From the NCBI GenBank assembly GCA_000503915.1, contig CP006915.1:690001-722000 (forward strand): 32,000 bases of DNA. The letters are read 5' to 3'. The notes beneath the pieces were generated by a model. That model ran no database searches. It was not told where the DNA came from and saw only the letters and a list, made by a program, of their open reading frames with translations. This document shows positions 1 to 8,546 of the stretch, piece by piece. The translations under genes and the position numbers were made by a program. The DNA comes from Candidatus Saccharimonadota bacterium (lineage in GTDB: Bacteria > Patescibacteriota > Saccharimonadia > Saccharimonadales > Saccharimonadaceae). Position 1 is the first letter of the stretch; every line of letters starts with the position of its first letter.

Positions 1-63
1 TACCGTTACACCAAAAATGTCTTTCGGTAGTGTAGGAGTCGAGGTTTTGGTTGTTTCAGCCAT
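1..63 (-). CDS. rplD: 50S ribosomal protein L4, first 21 codons only (gene continues past window start)
   Basis: ATG at 63..61 overlaps the rplC stop by 1 nt (TAATG). It translates to MAETTKTSTPTLPKDIFGVTV and sits directly downstream of rplC, as in S10 operons. Confidence 0.6.
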   Translation of the reverse strand, partial: MAETTKTSTPTLPKDIFGVTV

Positions 64-680
64 TACGCGTTACCTCCATTGACGATAACAAGACCTTTAC
101 GAGGACCCGGTACTGCACCCTTGAGGCCGATCAAGTTGTTGGTAGCATCAAGATAGGCAACTTCAAGATTCTTAACCGTTACCTGCTCGTGGCCCATACG
201 ACCAGCCATACGCTTGCCCTTGAAGATCTTTTGTGGATACATCGATCCGATACTTCCTGGCTTACGGACGTTACCGTTACCACCGTGGGTCTTTTTACTA
301 GTATTAAAGTTGTGGCGTTTTACCGTACCGGCAAACCCCTTACCTTTGCTAGTGCCCGTCGCAGAGACGTGGTCACCGAGAGCAAACGCACTTATATCGA
401 TAGCGTCGCCGACTTTGAGGTCAGCTGGTAGCTCATCGACACGAAATTCCCGAATATACTTCGGCGAAATTTTGCTGGACTTGACGTGTCCAGCGACGGC
501 CTTGCTCAGGTTCTTACCCGATCCATAAGCTACCTGAACTGCGTTGTAACCGTCGATTTCGACGGACTTTACCTGAGTCACAGTCACAGGGCCGGCTTGA
601 ATGAGGGTTACGGGCGTCGCCGTACCATCCTCAGCCAGAATCTGGGTCATACCAATCTTGGTACCGAGAAGTGCTTTCAT
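63..680 (-). CDS. rplC: 50S ribosomal protein L3
   Basis: 205-aa ORF beginning MKALLGTKIGMTQI, with GKGFAGTVKRHNF and PGSIGS motifs typical of uL3. A GGGAG/GAAGG Shine-Dalgarno (SD) sequence lies upstream. Confidence 0.97.
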   Translation of the reverse strand: MKALLGTKIGMTQILAEDGTATPVTLIQAGPVTVTQVKSVEIDGYNAVQVAYGSGKNLSKAVAGHVKSSKISPKYIREFRVDELPADLKVGDAIDISAFALGDHVSATGTSKGKGFAGTVKRHNFNTSKKTHGGNGNVRKPGSIGSMYPQKIFKGKRMAGRMGHEQVTVKNLEVAYLDATNNLIGLKGAVPGPRKGLVIVNGGNA

Positions 681-789
681 GCCTTCTTTTCTCCCACTTA
701 AAATTCTTGGTGGCGAGCGGTTTCCTTGCTAGCAGGACCTTCTTCATTCACCAAGAACGAGTTGTTATTACGTAATAAGTTACCATATG

Positions 790-819
790 AATATACCACA
801 TTACTCCTTGAGGAGTCAA
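790..819 (-). promoter_or_regulatory. candidate sigma-70 promoter for rplC-rplD (TTGACT-18-TATATT)
   Basis: Read on the minus strand, the -35 TTGACT is at 819..814 and the -10 TATATT at 795..790. This predicts a leader of about 100 nt. rplC needs its own promoter because rpsJ is 2.6 kb away. Confidence 0.45.
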
Positions 820-861
820 TAGATCTACGGTCTGCGTCGGCGGTAAGGTATACTAGATACC

Positions 862-1725
862 ATGTATCGTTTCGTCGCGCGACATAAACTCACCTTCGGC
901 GTTACACTTCTCGCGTGTCTCAGCAGTGGCTTTTTTGTGCTTGTTGTTTCTCGAGTAGAACAAGGGCGAGCAAATGCTTTGAATAACAAACAGGACGCAG
1001 CATTTGCCAAACTGGACGAGGCGGTTCGTACACGACTTGCCAGGCAGAAAGCCACCCTAGCAGCTGAAGCCAAAGAGAGAAAAACAGCCGAAGCCATGCA
1101 GAATAAGCAGTCGTCGCTACCATCAGCTCGGGTGCCATCAGTCAATTCCGCACATTACGACCCTCATCGGCTTGATATTGTCGTCAATAAAAAGCATCCA
1201 CTCAACCCCCGAGACTTTGTGCCGAGCCTGTCGACTGTCACTTGTGCCGGGCGCGGCTCTACGACAATCAGTACCCAGGTAGTTGCGGACTTCCAAGCTC
1301 TCTGCCAGGCTGCTGTCGAGGCTGCCGTGCCGCTTGATAGTTCCAGTAGCTACCGTTCGTATCAAACCCAAGTCAATACCTACAATTATTGGGTATCCGT
1401 CAGTGGTAAAAGTGGCGCCGATACGTACAGCGCCCGTGCTGGCTATAGTGAGCACCAGACGGGGCTAGCAGTTGACTTCCGCGTACCGAGCGGCGCAACG
1501 CTTAGTGACTTTACTGGTACGCCTCAGCAGAAGTGGCTTGCCAAGAATGCCTGGCGATACGGCTTCATCCAACGCTACACCAACAGTAACCAGCGCGAAA
1601 CTGGTTACACAGCTGAAAGCTGGCACTATCGTTACCTTGGACGCGAGACTGCTGAAGCATACACCGCGAGCCATACCAATTCACTTGAGTCATATTGGGG
1701 CATTTCTGGGGGAGACTATGAATAA
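862..1725 (+). CDS. membrane-anchored D-alanyl-D-alanine carboxypeptidase, VanY / peptidase M15B family
   Basis: 287 aa with an N-terminal TM helix. It carries the zinc motifs SEHQTGLAVD (H-x6-D) and ESWHYRY (ExxH). Confidence 0.85.
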   Translation: MYRFVARHKLTFGVTLLACLSSGFFVLVVSRVEQGRANALNNKQDAAFAKLDEAVRTRLARQKATLAAEAKERKTAEAMQNKQSSLPSARVPSVNSAHYDPHRLDIVVNKKHPLNPRDFVPSLSTVTCAGRGSTTISTQVVADFQALCQAAVEAAVPLDSSSSYRSYQTQVNTYNYWVSVSGKSGADTYSARAGYSEHQTGLAVDFRVPSGATLSDFTGTPQQKWLAKNAWRYGFIQRYTNSNQRETGYTAESWHYRYLGRETAEAYTASHTNSLESYWGISGGDYE

Positions 1726-2506
1726 GCGTCACAAGCTCGTTGCGTGGCCGTTTTTTCTTCTTGTGTGCGGACTGTATCTTGTATGGTTCTACCCATTGCA
1801 AAAGGATACTGGAGTCTTACAGGAGACTGCCTATCATAAAGTCGCTGAGACGCTAAAACGCTACACTATATCTGTAAACGTGGCTCCCTCTGTACCTGCC
1901 ATCGTCATTGCCAGCGATCAACCGTTTCGTGCTACCTCAATCTGGGTCTATGTTGCCAAGACGGCTCTCCTGCCTGATACCTATCGACCGCAAAAGCTTG
2001 CTCGCTTCAACACACTTGCCCACGCTGCCGAAAGCGACGTTCGATTGGTCCCAGTTGCCGGACGATCACTCGAGCGGCTGTTTGCTGGAGCCGCCAAAGA
2101 CGGTCGACCTTTAGCGCTTTCCAGTGCCTATCGTTCTACCACCGATCAAAAAGCTCTCTACGATACCTACCGCACCCACTATGGGAGCGCCTACGCTGAC
2201 AAATACGTTGCCCAGCCAGGTGCAAGCGAGCACCAGACGGGGCTGGCTATCGATATCTCCGACTACAGCGTGGCCTGTCTGAGGTCCGCTGCTGCCTGTA
2301 CACTATCGTCAGCGACCGCCGCCTGGCTGGCAACTGAAGCGCCAAAATTTGGCTTTATCCTGCGCTATCCCGAGGACAAAGAAACATCGACAGGTATTGC
2401 GTACGAACCGTGGCACTTTCGTTATATTGGCAAGGCTGCTTCGGCCTTAACGGCGGCCGGCCTTACCCTCGATGACTTCGTCAAAAAAGTAAACGCCAGC
2501 TCCTAG
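1718..2506 (+). CDS. second VanY / M15B D,D-carboxypeptidase (tandem paralog)
   Basis: The ATG at 1718 follows GGGGGAG and overlaps the upstream stop by 8 nt. The product is 262 aa and starts with a TM helix (MNKRHKLVAWPFFLLV). It carries the motifs SEHQTGLAID and EPWHFRY. Confidence 0.85.
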   Translation: MNKRHKLVAWPFFLLVCGLYLVWFYPLQKDTGVLQETAYHKVAETLKRYTISVNVAPSVPAIVIASDQPFRATSIWVYVAKTALLPDTYRPQKLARFNTLAHAAESDVRLVPVAGRSLERLFAGAAKDGRPLALSSAYRSTTDQKALYDTYRTHYGSAYADKYVAQPGASEHQTGLAIDISDYSVACLRSAAACTLSSATAAWLATEAPKFGFILRYPEDKETSTGIAYEPWHFRYIGKAASALTAAGLTLDDFVKKVNASS

Positions 2507-2820
2507 ACAACGATACCGGCTGGACTCAGCGCACTGATAATACCGATCATGATCAATATCGCGTACCAAATCTTTCGGTCGGTCTGGAAGTGCTCGAGCG
2601 TCCGAATCAAGACAAGCCCCACCATTACCCCGACGGGTACGGCGTAAACCGTAATATGCGACCAGACAACCGGTTCACCAAATTTTACCCAAAATGACCC
2701 AAGCAGAATTACAAGGATAAGCTTGAATAAGTATAAGCCGTCGGTTTCGAAGGGTCGCTTCAGTCTGTGAACTGCACGTTTTGTCCGACCGGTTTTTTTT
2801 CTGTTAGTTTTTGCTGGCAT
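2503..2820 (-). CDS. hypothetical small membrane protein (basic N-terminus, about 3 TM helices)
   Basis: 105-aa ORF with a Lys/Arg-rich first 25 residues followed by hydrophobic segments. Its stop overlaps the VanY2 stop within the palindrome CTAG. Confidence 0.6.
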   Translation of the reverse strand: MPAKTNRKKTGRTKRAVHRLKRPFETDGLYLFKLILVILLGSFWVKFGEPVVWSHITVYAVPVGVMVGLVLIRTLEHFQTDRKIWYAILIMIGIISALSPAGIVV

Positions 2821-2828
2821 GTAGCCCT

Positions 2829-2857
2829 ACTATAGCTAAGTTCATCTATAAGCTCAA
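2829..2857 (-). promoter_or_regulatory. candidate promoter TTGAGC-17-TATAGT ending 8 nt before the ATG at 2820 (leaderless-type)
   Basis: Hexamers read directly on the minus strand: -35 at 2857..2852 and -10 at 2834..2829. Confidence 0.45.
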
Positions 2858-2864
2858 GCGTCAC

Positions 2865-2893
2865 TTGCTATTTTTATTTTTATCGGTAATAAT
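2865..2893 (+). promoter_or_regulatory. candidate promoter TTGCTA-17-AATAAT for the 94-aa ORF
   Basis: Hexamers read on the plus strand. A GAGGG SD at 2917..2921 lies 6 nt before the ATG at 2928. Confidence 0.35.
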
Positions 2894-2927
2894 GTCTCGT
2901 AGACAATAACTATAGCGAGGGTCACTA

Positions 2928-3212
2928 ATGGCAACCAAGAAACGTACCGCCAAAAATGCATCATCAAAAAAAGCGGTACGACCAAAATTTCGTACATTCA
3001 AAGTTGCTCCGACGCCACGGCCATTCATGGCCTTTAGAGTAACCGATCAAACGGTCTACTGGGCTATTATTGGCCTCATCGTACTGGCTCTTGGTATGTG
3101 GGTAATTTACCTTCAAGTAAAGATCAATGAGGTATACGACCAAGTCGACTCAAATACCTACCAGCTCGAGCTCTTGCCAGAAGATACCAAACATTCGAAG
3201 AATACAAACTAG
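2928..3212 (+). CDS. hypothetical single-pass membrane protein (basic N-terminus)
   Basis: 94-aa ORF with a good SD and one clear TM helix (VYWAIIGLIVLALGMWVIYL). A strong terminator follows it. Confidence 0.6.
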   Translation: MATKKRTAKNASSKKAVRPKFRTFKVAPTPRPFMAFRVTDQTVYWAIIGLIVLALGMWVIYLQVKINEVYDQVDSNTYQLELLPEDTKHSKNTN

Positions 3213-3227
3213 TCAGAATCTAGGTAA

Positions 3228-3266
3228 ACAAAATAAGCCGCCGGAAATCCAGGCGGCTTATTTTGT
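3228..3266. terminator. bidirectional intrinsic terminator between the 94-aa ORF (+) and rpsJ (-)
   Basis: A 15-bp perfect stem (3228..3242 pairs with 3252..3266) has A-runs and T-runs built into both arms, so either strand gives a hairpin followed by a U-tract. Confidence 0.8.
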
Positions 3267-3295
3267 ATGCTTTACTATGCGACAAGTGAGCACGC

Positions 3296-3616
3296 CTACA
3301 TTCTGATTTCGGCGTCAACTCCTGCTGGCAGGCTAAGATTTTGTAGACTGTCGATCGTCTTTGGCGTCGCCCCAGTGATGTCAATTAAGCGCTTGTGTAC
3401 GCGCATTTCGAACGCTTCACCACCAGTCTTATAGACGTGTGGGCTTTTAACAACCGTGAAAGTGCTGCGCCGCGTTGGGAGCGGCACAGGACCTGCGACA
3501 CTGGCTCCGGTACGGATCGCTGTATCGATAATTTGTTTTGCTGACTGGTCGATCACTTTGTGATCGTATGCTTTCAGGCGAATGCGAATCTTTAGACCGC
3601 TATCTTTTTCTGCCAT
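3296..3616 (-). CDS. rpsJ: 30S ribosomal protein S10
   Basis: The sequence [24 protein letters not shown]...PLPTRR...VDAEIRM matches uS10 in length and motifs. I chose the ATG at 3616, which has a GGAAGGAAG SD upstream, over the ATG at 3637. Confidence 0.95.
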   Translation of the reverse strand: MAEKDSGLKIRIRLKAYDHKVIDQSAKQIIDTAIRTGASVAGPVPLPTRRSTFTVVKSPHVYKTGGEAFEMRVHKRLIDITGATPKTIDSLQNLSLPAGVDAEIRM

Positions 3617-3716
3617 TGGAAAATGACTTCCTTCCATTTATGTACCGTAACCTCACGCTCGAATCGGAATGGAGTCATCGTCTGGCGGAGTTTTCGGTGC
3701 GATTAATTACGCTACT

Positions 3717-3745
3717 ATCTTACCTCATTTGTCGGCATTTGTAAA
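3717..3745 (-). promoter_or_regulatory. candidate rpsJ promoter TTTACA-17-TAAGAT
   Basis: Hexamers read on the minus strand: -35 at 3745..3740 and -10 at 3722..3717. The predicted leader is about 95 nt. Confidence 0.45.
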
Positions 3746-3827
3746 ACGCTCTCTCGATCATATTCAGCATTGATTTTCTGACCTATCGAGCTTACGCTTA
3801 GATTATATAAAAACAGGAGACCTACGC

Positions 3828-4127
3828 ATGGGTGCAATCGAAAGTTTATCAGAAATGGATCCGGTGCTATCTCTAGCATCAATGGATGAAGCAATTACGG
3901 AGAGTGGCTTAGCTACTTTTTATCGATCTGGCGAGTATCGTCCTGACGTTGCTAACCACGAACGCATGCATCGCCTTCAGATAGAGCTTGCGAGACAAGG
4001 TGTTTCGACCGTCTTTTCCTCGGTCTACCAGCGGGGACGTGCCGAGCCGATTAGCTATGCTATCCGTCGGCCAGTCGAACCGCCACGACTGCTTGCACCA
4101 GTCGTTCGTCTGGATGACTATCGCTAA
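3828..4127 (+). CDS. hypothetical protein, 99 aa, no recognisable motif
   Basis: An AGGAG SD lies 8 nt upstream of the ATG, and a strong terminator lies downstream. I do not recognise any family. Confidence 0.55.
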   Translation: MGAIESLSEMDPVLSLASMDEAITESGLATFYRSGEYRPDVANHERMHRLQIELARQGVSTVFSSVYQRGRAEPISYAIRRPVEPPRLLAPVVRLDDYR

Positions 4128-4148
4128 CCCCAAAATCTCATCGCTACA

Positions 4149-4180
4149 AAAATACCTCCGGAAAGATTCGGAGGTATTTT
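4149..4180. terminator. bidirectional intrinsic terminator shared by the 99-aa ORF (+) and tuf (-)
   Basis: A 12-bp stem (AAAATACCTCCG pairs with CGGAGGTATTTT) with an 8-nt loop. T-runs follow the hairpin on both strands. Confidence 0.8.
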
Positions 4181-4197
4181 CAGTAAGACGACTGTGA

Positions 4198-5382
4198 TTA
4201 CTTGGTAATCTTCGTCACGACGCCGGCACCAACGGTGCGGCCGCCTTCGCGAATAGCGAAGTTGAGACCCTGCTCCATAGCGATTGGAGCAAGCAGCTTG
4301 ACGTTGAAGGTAATCGTATCACCAGGCATGACCATTTCCTTGTCTGCAGGAAGTTCAACTTCACCGGTAACGTCAGTGGTTCGGAAGTAGAACTGTGGCT
4401 TGTAGCCCTTCGAGAATGGCGTGTGTCGACCACCTTCTTCCTTCTTCAGAACGTACACTTCAGCTTCAAACTCGGTGTGAGGAGTGATCGAACCAGGCTT
4501 AGCAACCACTTGACCACGCTCGATTTGTTCGCGCTCGATACCACGAAGCAGCAGTCCGGCGTTGTCACCAGCTTGACCTTGGTCGAGGTTCTTCTTGAAC
4601 GCTTCGATGCCAGTAACAACTGATTTCTGGACAGGCTTGATACCGATGATCTCGATTTCGTCGTTCAGCTTGACGATACCTTGCTCAATACGGCCGGTAG
4701 CGACAGTACCGCGACCCTTGATCGAGAAAACGTCTTCGATAGGCATCAAAAATGGCTTGTCGAGGTCACGGACTGGCTCCTCAACGTAGTCGTCGAGAGC
4801 TTTAACGAGTTCCATAATCGCCTCTTCGTTCTCTGGATCACCATCGAGAGCTTTGGTAGCAGAACCTTTGATGATTGGCGCGTTGTCGCCGTCGTAACCG
4901 TTCTTTGTCAGTAGCTCGCGAACATCCATTTCGACTAGCTCAACCAATTCTGGATCAGCTAGGTCCATCTTGTTCAGGAAGACAACGATCTTTGGCACAT
5001 TCACCTGGTGGGCAAGCAGCACGTGCTCGCGGGTTTGTGGCAGTGGGCCATCGTTAGCAGCAACTACGAGAATAGCACCGTCAATTTGGGCAGCACCGGT
5101 AATCATGTTCTTGACGTAGTCGGCGTGTCCTGGCATGTCAACGTGCGCGTAGTGGCGCTTTTCTGACTCGTACTCCTGGTGAGAAGAAGCAATGGTAATA
5201 CCACGAGCCTTCTCTTCAGGGGCGTTGTCGATGTCCTCGTATTTACGAGGCTGGTTGACGTCGCTTGGCAATTTCTTTGCAAGGACGTGCGTGATTGCTG
5301 CCGTTAGGGTTGTTTTACCGTGGTCAACGTGACCCATGGTACCAACGTTGACGTGCGGCTTGCTTCGATCGAAATCTGCCAT
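4198..5382 (-). CDS. tuf: elongation factor Tu
   Basis: 394 aa starting at [26 protein letters not shown]. It carries the DMPGH, NKMD and SAT motifs, and AAAGGAG lies upstream. The 20-codon extension in the ORF track is rejected. Confidence 0.98.
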   Translation of the reverse strand: MADFDRSKPHVNVGTMGHVDHGKTTLTAAITHVLAKKLPSDVNQPRKYEDIDNAPEEKARGITIASSHQEYESEKRHYAHVDMPGHADYVKNMITGAAQIDGAILVVAANDGPLPQTREHVLLAHQVNVPKIVVFLNKMDLADPELVELVEMDVRELLTKNGYDGDNAPIIKGSATKALDGDPENEEAIMELVKALDDYVEEPVRDLDKPFLMPIEDVFSIKGRGTVATGRIEQGIVKLNDEIEIIGIKPVQKSVVTGIEAFKKNLDQGQAGDNAGLLLRGIEREQIERGQVVAKPGSITPHTEFEAEVYVLKKEEGGRHTPFSKGYKPQFYFRTTDVTGEVELPADKEMVMPGDTITFNVKLLAPIAMEQGLNFAIREGGRTVGAGVVTKITK

Positions 5383-5453
5383 TTCTGGTTTTTCTCCTTT
5401 AATAATTACATTTCGTGCGGCAGTCAATAATAGACCCCACAACGTATAGGCTC

Positions 5454-5482
5454 ATTATACATATAATTGCCCGGCTCGTAAA
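5454..5482 (-). promoter_or_regulatory. candidate tuf promoter TTTACG-17-TATAAT
   Basis: Hexamers read on the minus strand. A second candidate, TTGACT-17-TATTAA, lies at 5399..5427. Confidence 0.5.
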
Positions 5483-5484
5483 GG

Positions 5485-6675
5485 CTATTTTATCTGGTCG
5501 TTACCGGTTGACGTCGAAGCATTACGGGAAGGAATTTTCATTTCTTTCTTTTTCATGCTTGTCCATGCTTCAAACGCCCACCCGATCGGAAGGATATCAC
5601 TATAACCGACAAAATCAGCGGCCATCCGAAACAATGACCCGATCCAACCGCTAAAACGTAGTTTGCCACGCTCAAACACTGCCCAGTGGCGTCCAATCGG
5701 CACGACGCATGACGGCATGACTGGCCGGTAGGGCTTTTTACTGCCCCCAAGACGTTTTGCGACATATATCGCATCATGTAACGCAGTTTGTGCCATCCCT
5801 GAGTACGGCGTAGCGGCATTATCACCGATGACATAGACATTTGGTAACGCCTGCAGGTATGCATCGACGACGACCTTCCCTCGTTCATTGAGCGTAAAAA
5901 TAGCTTTGTTTTCGGTAAAAAATGCTGCATTTGTCACACCTGACGTCCAGATGACCGTCTGAGTCACTAGCGGCTTGTCGTTGACGATCAAACTATTTAC
6001 CGTCTGTCTTTCGACGCGCGTTTTTGTCTGAATGTGGATACCGAGCTTTCTAAGTCGTCGATGGGCGGCCTGACTTGTCTCAACAGACAACTTTGGCAGC
6101 ACACGGGGCGCCGCCTCAATTAGGCTGATCTTCATACTCTTTTTACGAATACCGAAGTGGAGACGAAGCGTCTTAATATACTCACCAAGCGCGCCGGCCA
6201 ACTCTACTCCGGTCGGTCCGGCACCGACGATAACATAATTTTTCTCATCGTCACTACCATCACTCATCTCATCATACAAATGTTGCTGCAGCTCACGTAT
6301 CTCGTCTTCCGACTTAATGCCGTACGCGTACTGGTCGAGTCCCTTGATTCCAAAGTAGCTCGTGACGCTCCCCAGAGCCAGAATCAACGTGTGATAGCGG
6401 TATTCACCTGCCTGCCCTTTCAGTAGTCGCATGCTAGGATCGATTTTTATTATACTGTCACGGACAATCGTGACGTTCCGGTGATGGCGAAAGATATCGG
6501 CGAGCGGCACCCATGACTGTCGGTGACTACCGCCAGTAGCGGTAGCGAATAGTGAGGGATAGTACTGAAACTCATCTCTATCTGAGATAAGCGTAATGGT
6601 GTGACGCCGCTTCTTTGCAAGCTCCAGCGCCGCTTTTATACCACCAAAGCCGCCACCAACGATCGTTATTTGCAT
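5485..6675 (-). CDS. ndh: type II NADH:quinone oxidoreductase (NDH-2)
   Basis: 396 aa with two dinucleotide folds (IVGGGFGGIKAA and VIVGAGPTGVELAGAL). An AAGGA SD lies upstream, and the gene starts 52 nt after cyoE. Confidence 0.88.
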   Translation of the reverse strand: MQITIVGGGFGGIKAALELAKKRRHTITLISDRDEFQYYPSLFATATGGSHRQSWVPLADIFRHHRNVTIVRDSIIKIDPSMRLLKGQAGEYRYHTLILALGSVTSYFGIKGLDQYAYGIKSEDEIRELQQHLYDEMSDGSDDEKNYVIVGAGPTGVELAGALGEYIKTLRLHFGIRKKSMKISLIEAAPRVLPKLSVETSQAAHRRLRKLGIHIQTKTRVERQTVNSLIVNDKPLVTQTVIWTSGVTNAAFFTENKAIFTLNERGKVVVDAYLQALPNVYVIGDNAATPYSGMAQTALHDAIYVAKRLGGSKKPYRPVMPSCVVPIGRHWAVFERGKLRFSGWIGSLFRMAADFVGYSDILPIGWAFEAWTSMKKKEMKIPSRNASTSTGNDQIK

Positions 6676-6727
6676 CGATTCATCCTTTTTGTGTTATTCA
6701 TTGGTCATATTACCTATCAGTATACCA

Positions 6728-7594
6728 TCAAGGCAGAACCGGCCCGAGCGCCAACATTACACACAGTACCAAGATTGTCCACATTGAAAACTTGAACATC
6801 TCTTTCGCCCACACGGCAGGCCGAGGATGACGCAACCCCAGATATCCCAAGTAGATCCAGTAGAGTCCCATAATACTCACGACGAAAGCATAGGCGGTAC
6901 CGACATAGCCAAAAACGACCAGTAGTAGCGTGGCGATAACGTATAGGATCGTGTAAATAAAAATCTGAACAATTGTCGCCCGTACACCCTTTATTACTGG
7001 CATGACGGGTAGGTGCGCCGCAGCATACTCTTTCTTGCGGTATATTGCGATCGAGTAAAACTCAGGAAATTGCCAAAAAAACATAATAAGAAACACGATG
7101 ATGAGGCCGAGGTCAACAGCTCCACTGACCGCTGCGTAGCCGCCGGCAATCGGCATAGCGCCAGAAATACTACCGACCAGCGTACCGTGAATCGAACGAC
7201 GCTTTGAAAGCGTGCCGTACAGCCAGACGTAGGTGATAAACCCAATCGCACCGATCACTACCACCAGCCAGTTCGTCCATAGTGCCAAGCTGGCAAATCC
7301 TAGTAGCGCTAGTATAACCCCGAAGCGAAGAATATTGGCCGAGGACACTGTACCAACAACGCTCGGTCGATTTTTGGTTCGTTCCATTATCTGGTCGATG
7401 TCTCGATCGAGGTAGTTATTGATGACACAGGCAGCAGCGATCACGAGTGTCATGCCGCCGATTGCTGCCAAAAAGAGCCATCCATCGACCGCACCGGCAC
7501 TGGCGAGCAAGAAGCCGGCAGCGCCAGTTAACACATTTCCGTACAACACACCAGGTTTGGTCAGCTGATAATAGTCCTTTACTATGCTTCGCAT
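6728..7594 (-). CDS. cyoE: protoheme IX farnesyltransferase (heme O synthase)
   Basis: 288 aa, polytopic, with the UbiA-type motif NNYLDRDIDQIMERT. Its start overlaps the cyoD stop (TAATG). Confidence 0.92.
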   Translation of the reverse strand: MRSIVKDYYQLTKPGVLYGNVLTGAAGFLLASAGAVDGWLFLAAIGGMTLVIAAACVINNYLDRDIDQIMERTKNRPSVVGTVSSANILRFGVILALLGFASLALWTNWLVVVIGAIGFITYVWLYGTLSKRRSIHGTLVGSISGAMPIAGGYAAVSGAVDLGLIIVFLIMFFWQFPEFYSIAIYRKKEYAAAHLPVMPVIKGVRATIVQIFIYTILYVIATLLLVVFGYVGTAYAFVVSIMGLYWIYLGYLGLRHPRPAVWAKEMFKFSMWTILVLCVMLALGPVLP

Positions 7595-7965
7595 TAAAAG
7601 CCTTTTTTGTTTTGCTCAATCATGTATTCGTTCATCTTTTCACCGGACATGCCCATGCGATAGTTGAGGTTCAGCATAATCCAGAGCGAGCCAACAACAA
7701 CAATTAGCAGCATTAGTACGGTAAAAATAATGCTCAGCGATTGCCATTTTGGACTAGGTTCGGAGCCGACATGAAGGAAAAAGCGCAGTTGCACGAGCAG
7801 CTGGATTAACGCCAGTACCAGCAAACTGAAGGCTAGCACATCGGTCGTCAGATCGAGGGCAAGACGTGTGGCGATCAAATAGGCCGCAACCGTGCATATT
7901 AGCGAGGTGACGAAGCCGACGATATAGCCGATAATCTGTCGGCTCATCGCTATTTCTTCTTTCAT
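7594..7965 (-). CDS. cyoD: cytochrome o-type quinol oxidase subunit IV
   Basis: 123 aa with three TM helices, in the position of cyoD. I chose the ATG at 7965 because it gives an ATGA overlap with the cyoC stop. Confidence 0.8.
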   Translation of the reverse strand: MKEEIAMSRQIIGYIVGFVTSLICTVAAYLIATRLALDLTTDVLAFSLLVLALIQLLVQLRFFLHVGSEPSPKWQSLSIIFTVLMLLIVVVGSLWIMLNLNYRMGMSGEKMNEYMIEQNKKGF

Positions 7966-8546
7966 GAGGCAGCTCCTAAAAGGTAGACAATCGTAAAGAT
8001 AAATATCCAAACCACGTCGAGGAAATGCCAAAAGAGCGCAAACATACCGAATTTACACAGTAAATCATCCGATATGCCCCTTAGTAAGAGATACAAGGTG
8101 ATCGCCAATCCCCAGATCAGACCAATCGCGATATGTGCGCCATGCGTCCCCACCAGGGTAAAGAATCCTGACAGAAAGGCACTCGTTTGCCATGAGTGGC
8201 CAGCGGTAGCGAAAGCGTGGAATTCTTGCACCTCTAACCACAAGAAGCCGACGCCAAGTAGCAGCGTGCCGAAGAGGAAGCTGAGTGCTGCCTGTCTGTT
8301 CTTTCGACGAGCCGCGAGATACGCCAGGCCACACATGAAGCTACTCGTCAGCAGCAGTAGGGTTTCGATCAGTGCGTACTGCGGGTCAAACAAGTCATGC
8401 GCAGCCGGGCCGTCGGCCGTACCTGATTTCAGTACTATATAAGTCGCAAACAGGCTGGCAAATAGCATCATATCGGTCATTAGATAGAGCCAGAAGCCAA
8501 GTCCAACTGTCTGGAATTTTTCCGACAAACTCACCCGTGCGGTCAT
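7962..8546 (-). CDS. cyoC: cytochrome o-type quinol oxidase subunit III
   Basis: 194 aa with the FWHFLDVVWIFIF motif of subunit III. It has an ATGA overlap with cyoB. Confidence 0.92.
   Translation of the reverse strand: MTARVSLSEKFQTVGLGFWLYLMTDMMLFASLFATYIVLKSGTADGPAAHDLFDPQYALIETLLLLTSSFMCGLAYLAARRKNRQAALSFLFGTLLLGVGFLWLEVQEFHAFATAGHSWQTSAFLSGFFTLVGTHGAHIAIGLIWGLAITLYLLLRGISDDLLCKFGMFALFWHFLDVVWIFIFTIVYLLGAAS

Noticed and set aside
1472-1717. Upstream 82 codons of the 344-aa ORF 1472..2506
   Set aside because: This part overlaps the VanY1 coding frame completely. The ATG at 1718 has a GGGGGAG SD and begins a typical signal-anchor (MNKRHKLVAWPFFLL), so the extension is read-through of an open frame, not coding sequence.
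4198-5382. EF-Tu has Met in place of the conserved Cys in the DCPGHADY motif
   Set aside because: The substitution is real, but this Cys is known to tolerate substitution, so it is not interesting on its own. It is mentioned only as context for the low-cysteine observation on beta-prime.
5383-5442. N-terminal extensions proposed by the ORF track for tuf (and likewise rpsJ 3617..3637, cyoD 7966..8031, clpP 25316..25333, SpoU 29463..29546, 232-aa ORF 28903..28956, cyoA 11398..11433)
   Set aside because: The internal ATGs match the canonical protein N-termini, have better SD or promoter context, or restore stop/start coupling. Several of the long starts are TTG or GTG codons with no support.
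5553-5930. 125-aa same-strand alternative-frame ORF inside ndh
   Set aside because: It is nested entirely within the NDH-2 gene in another frame, with no start signals and a low-complexity translation.
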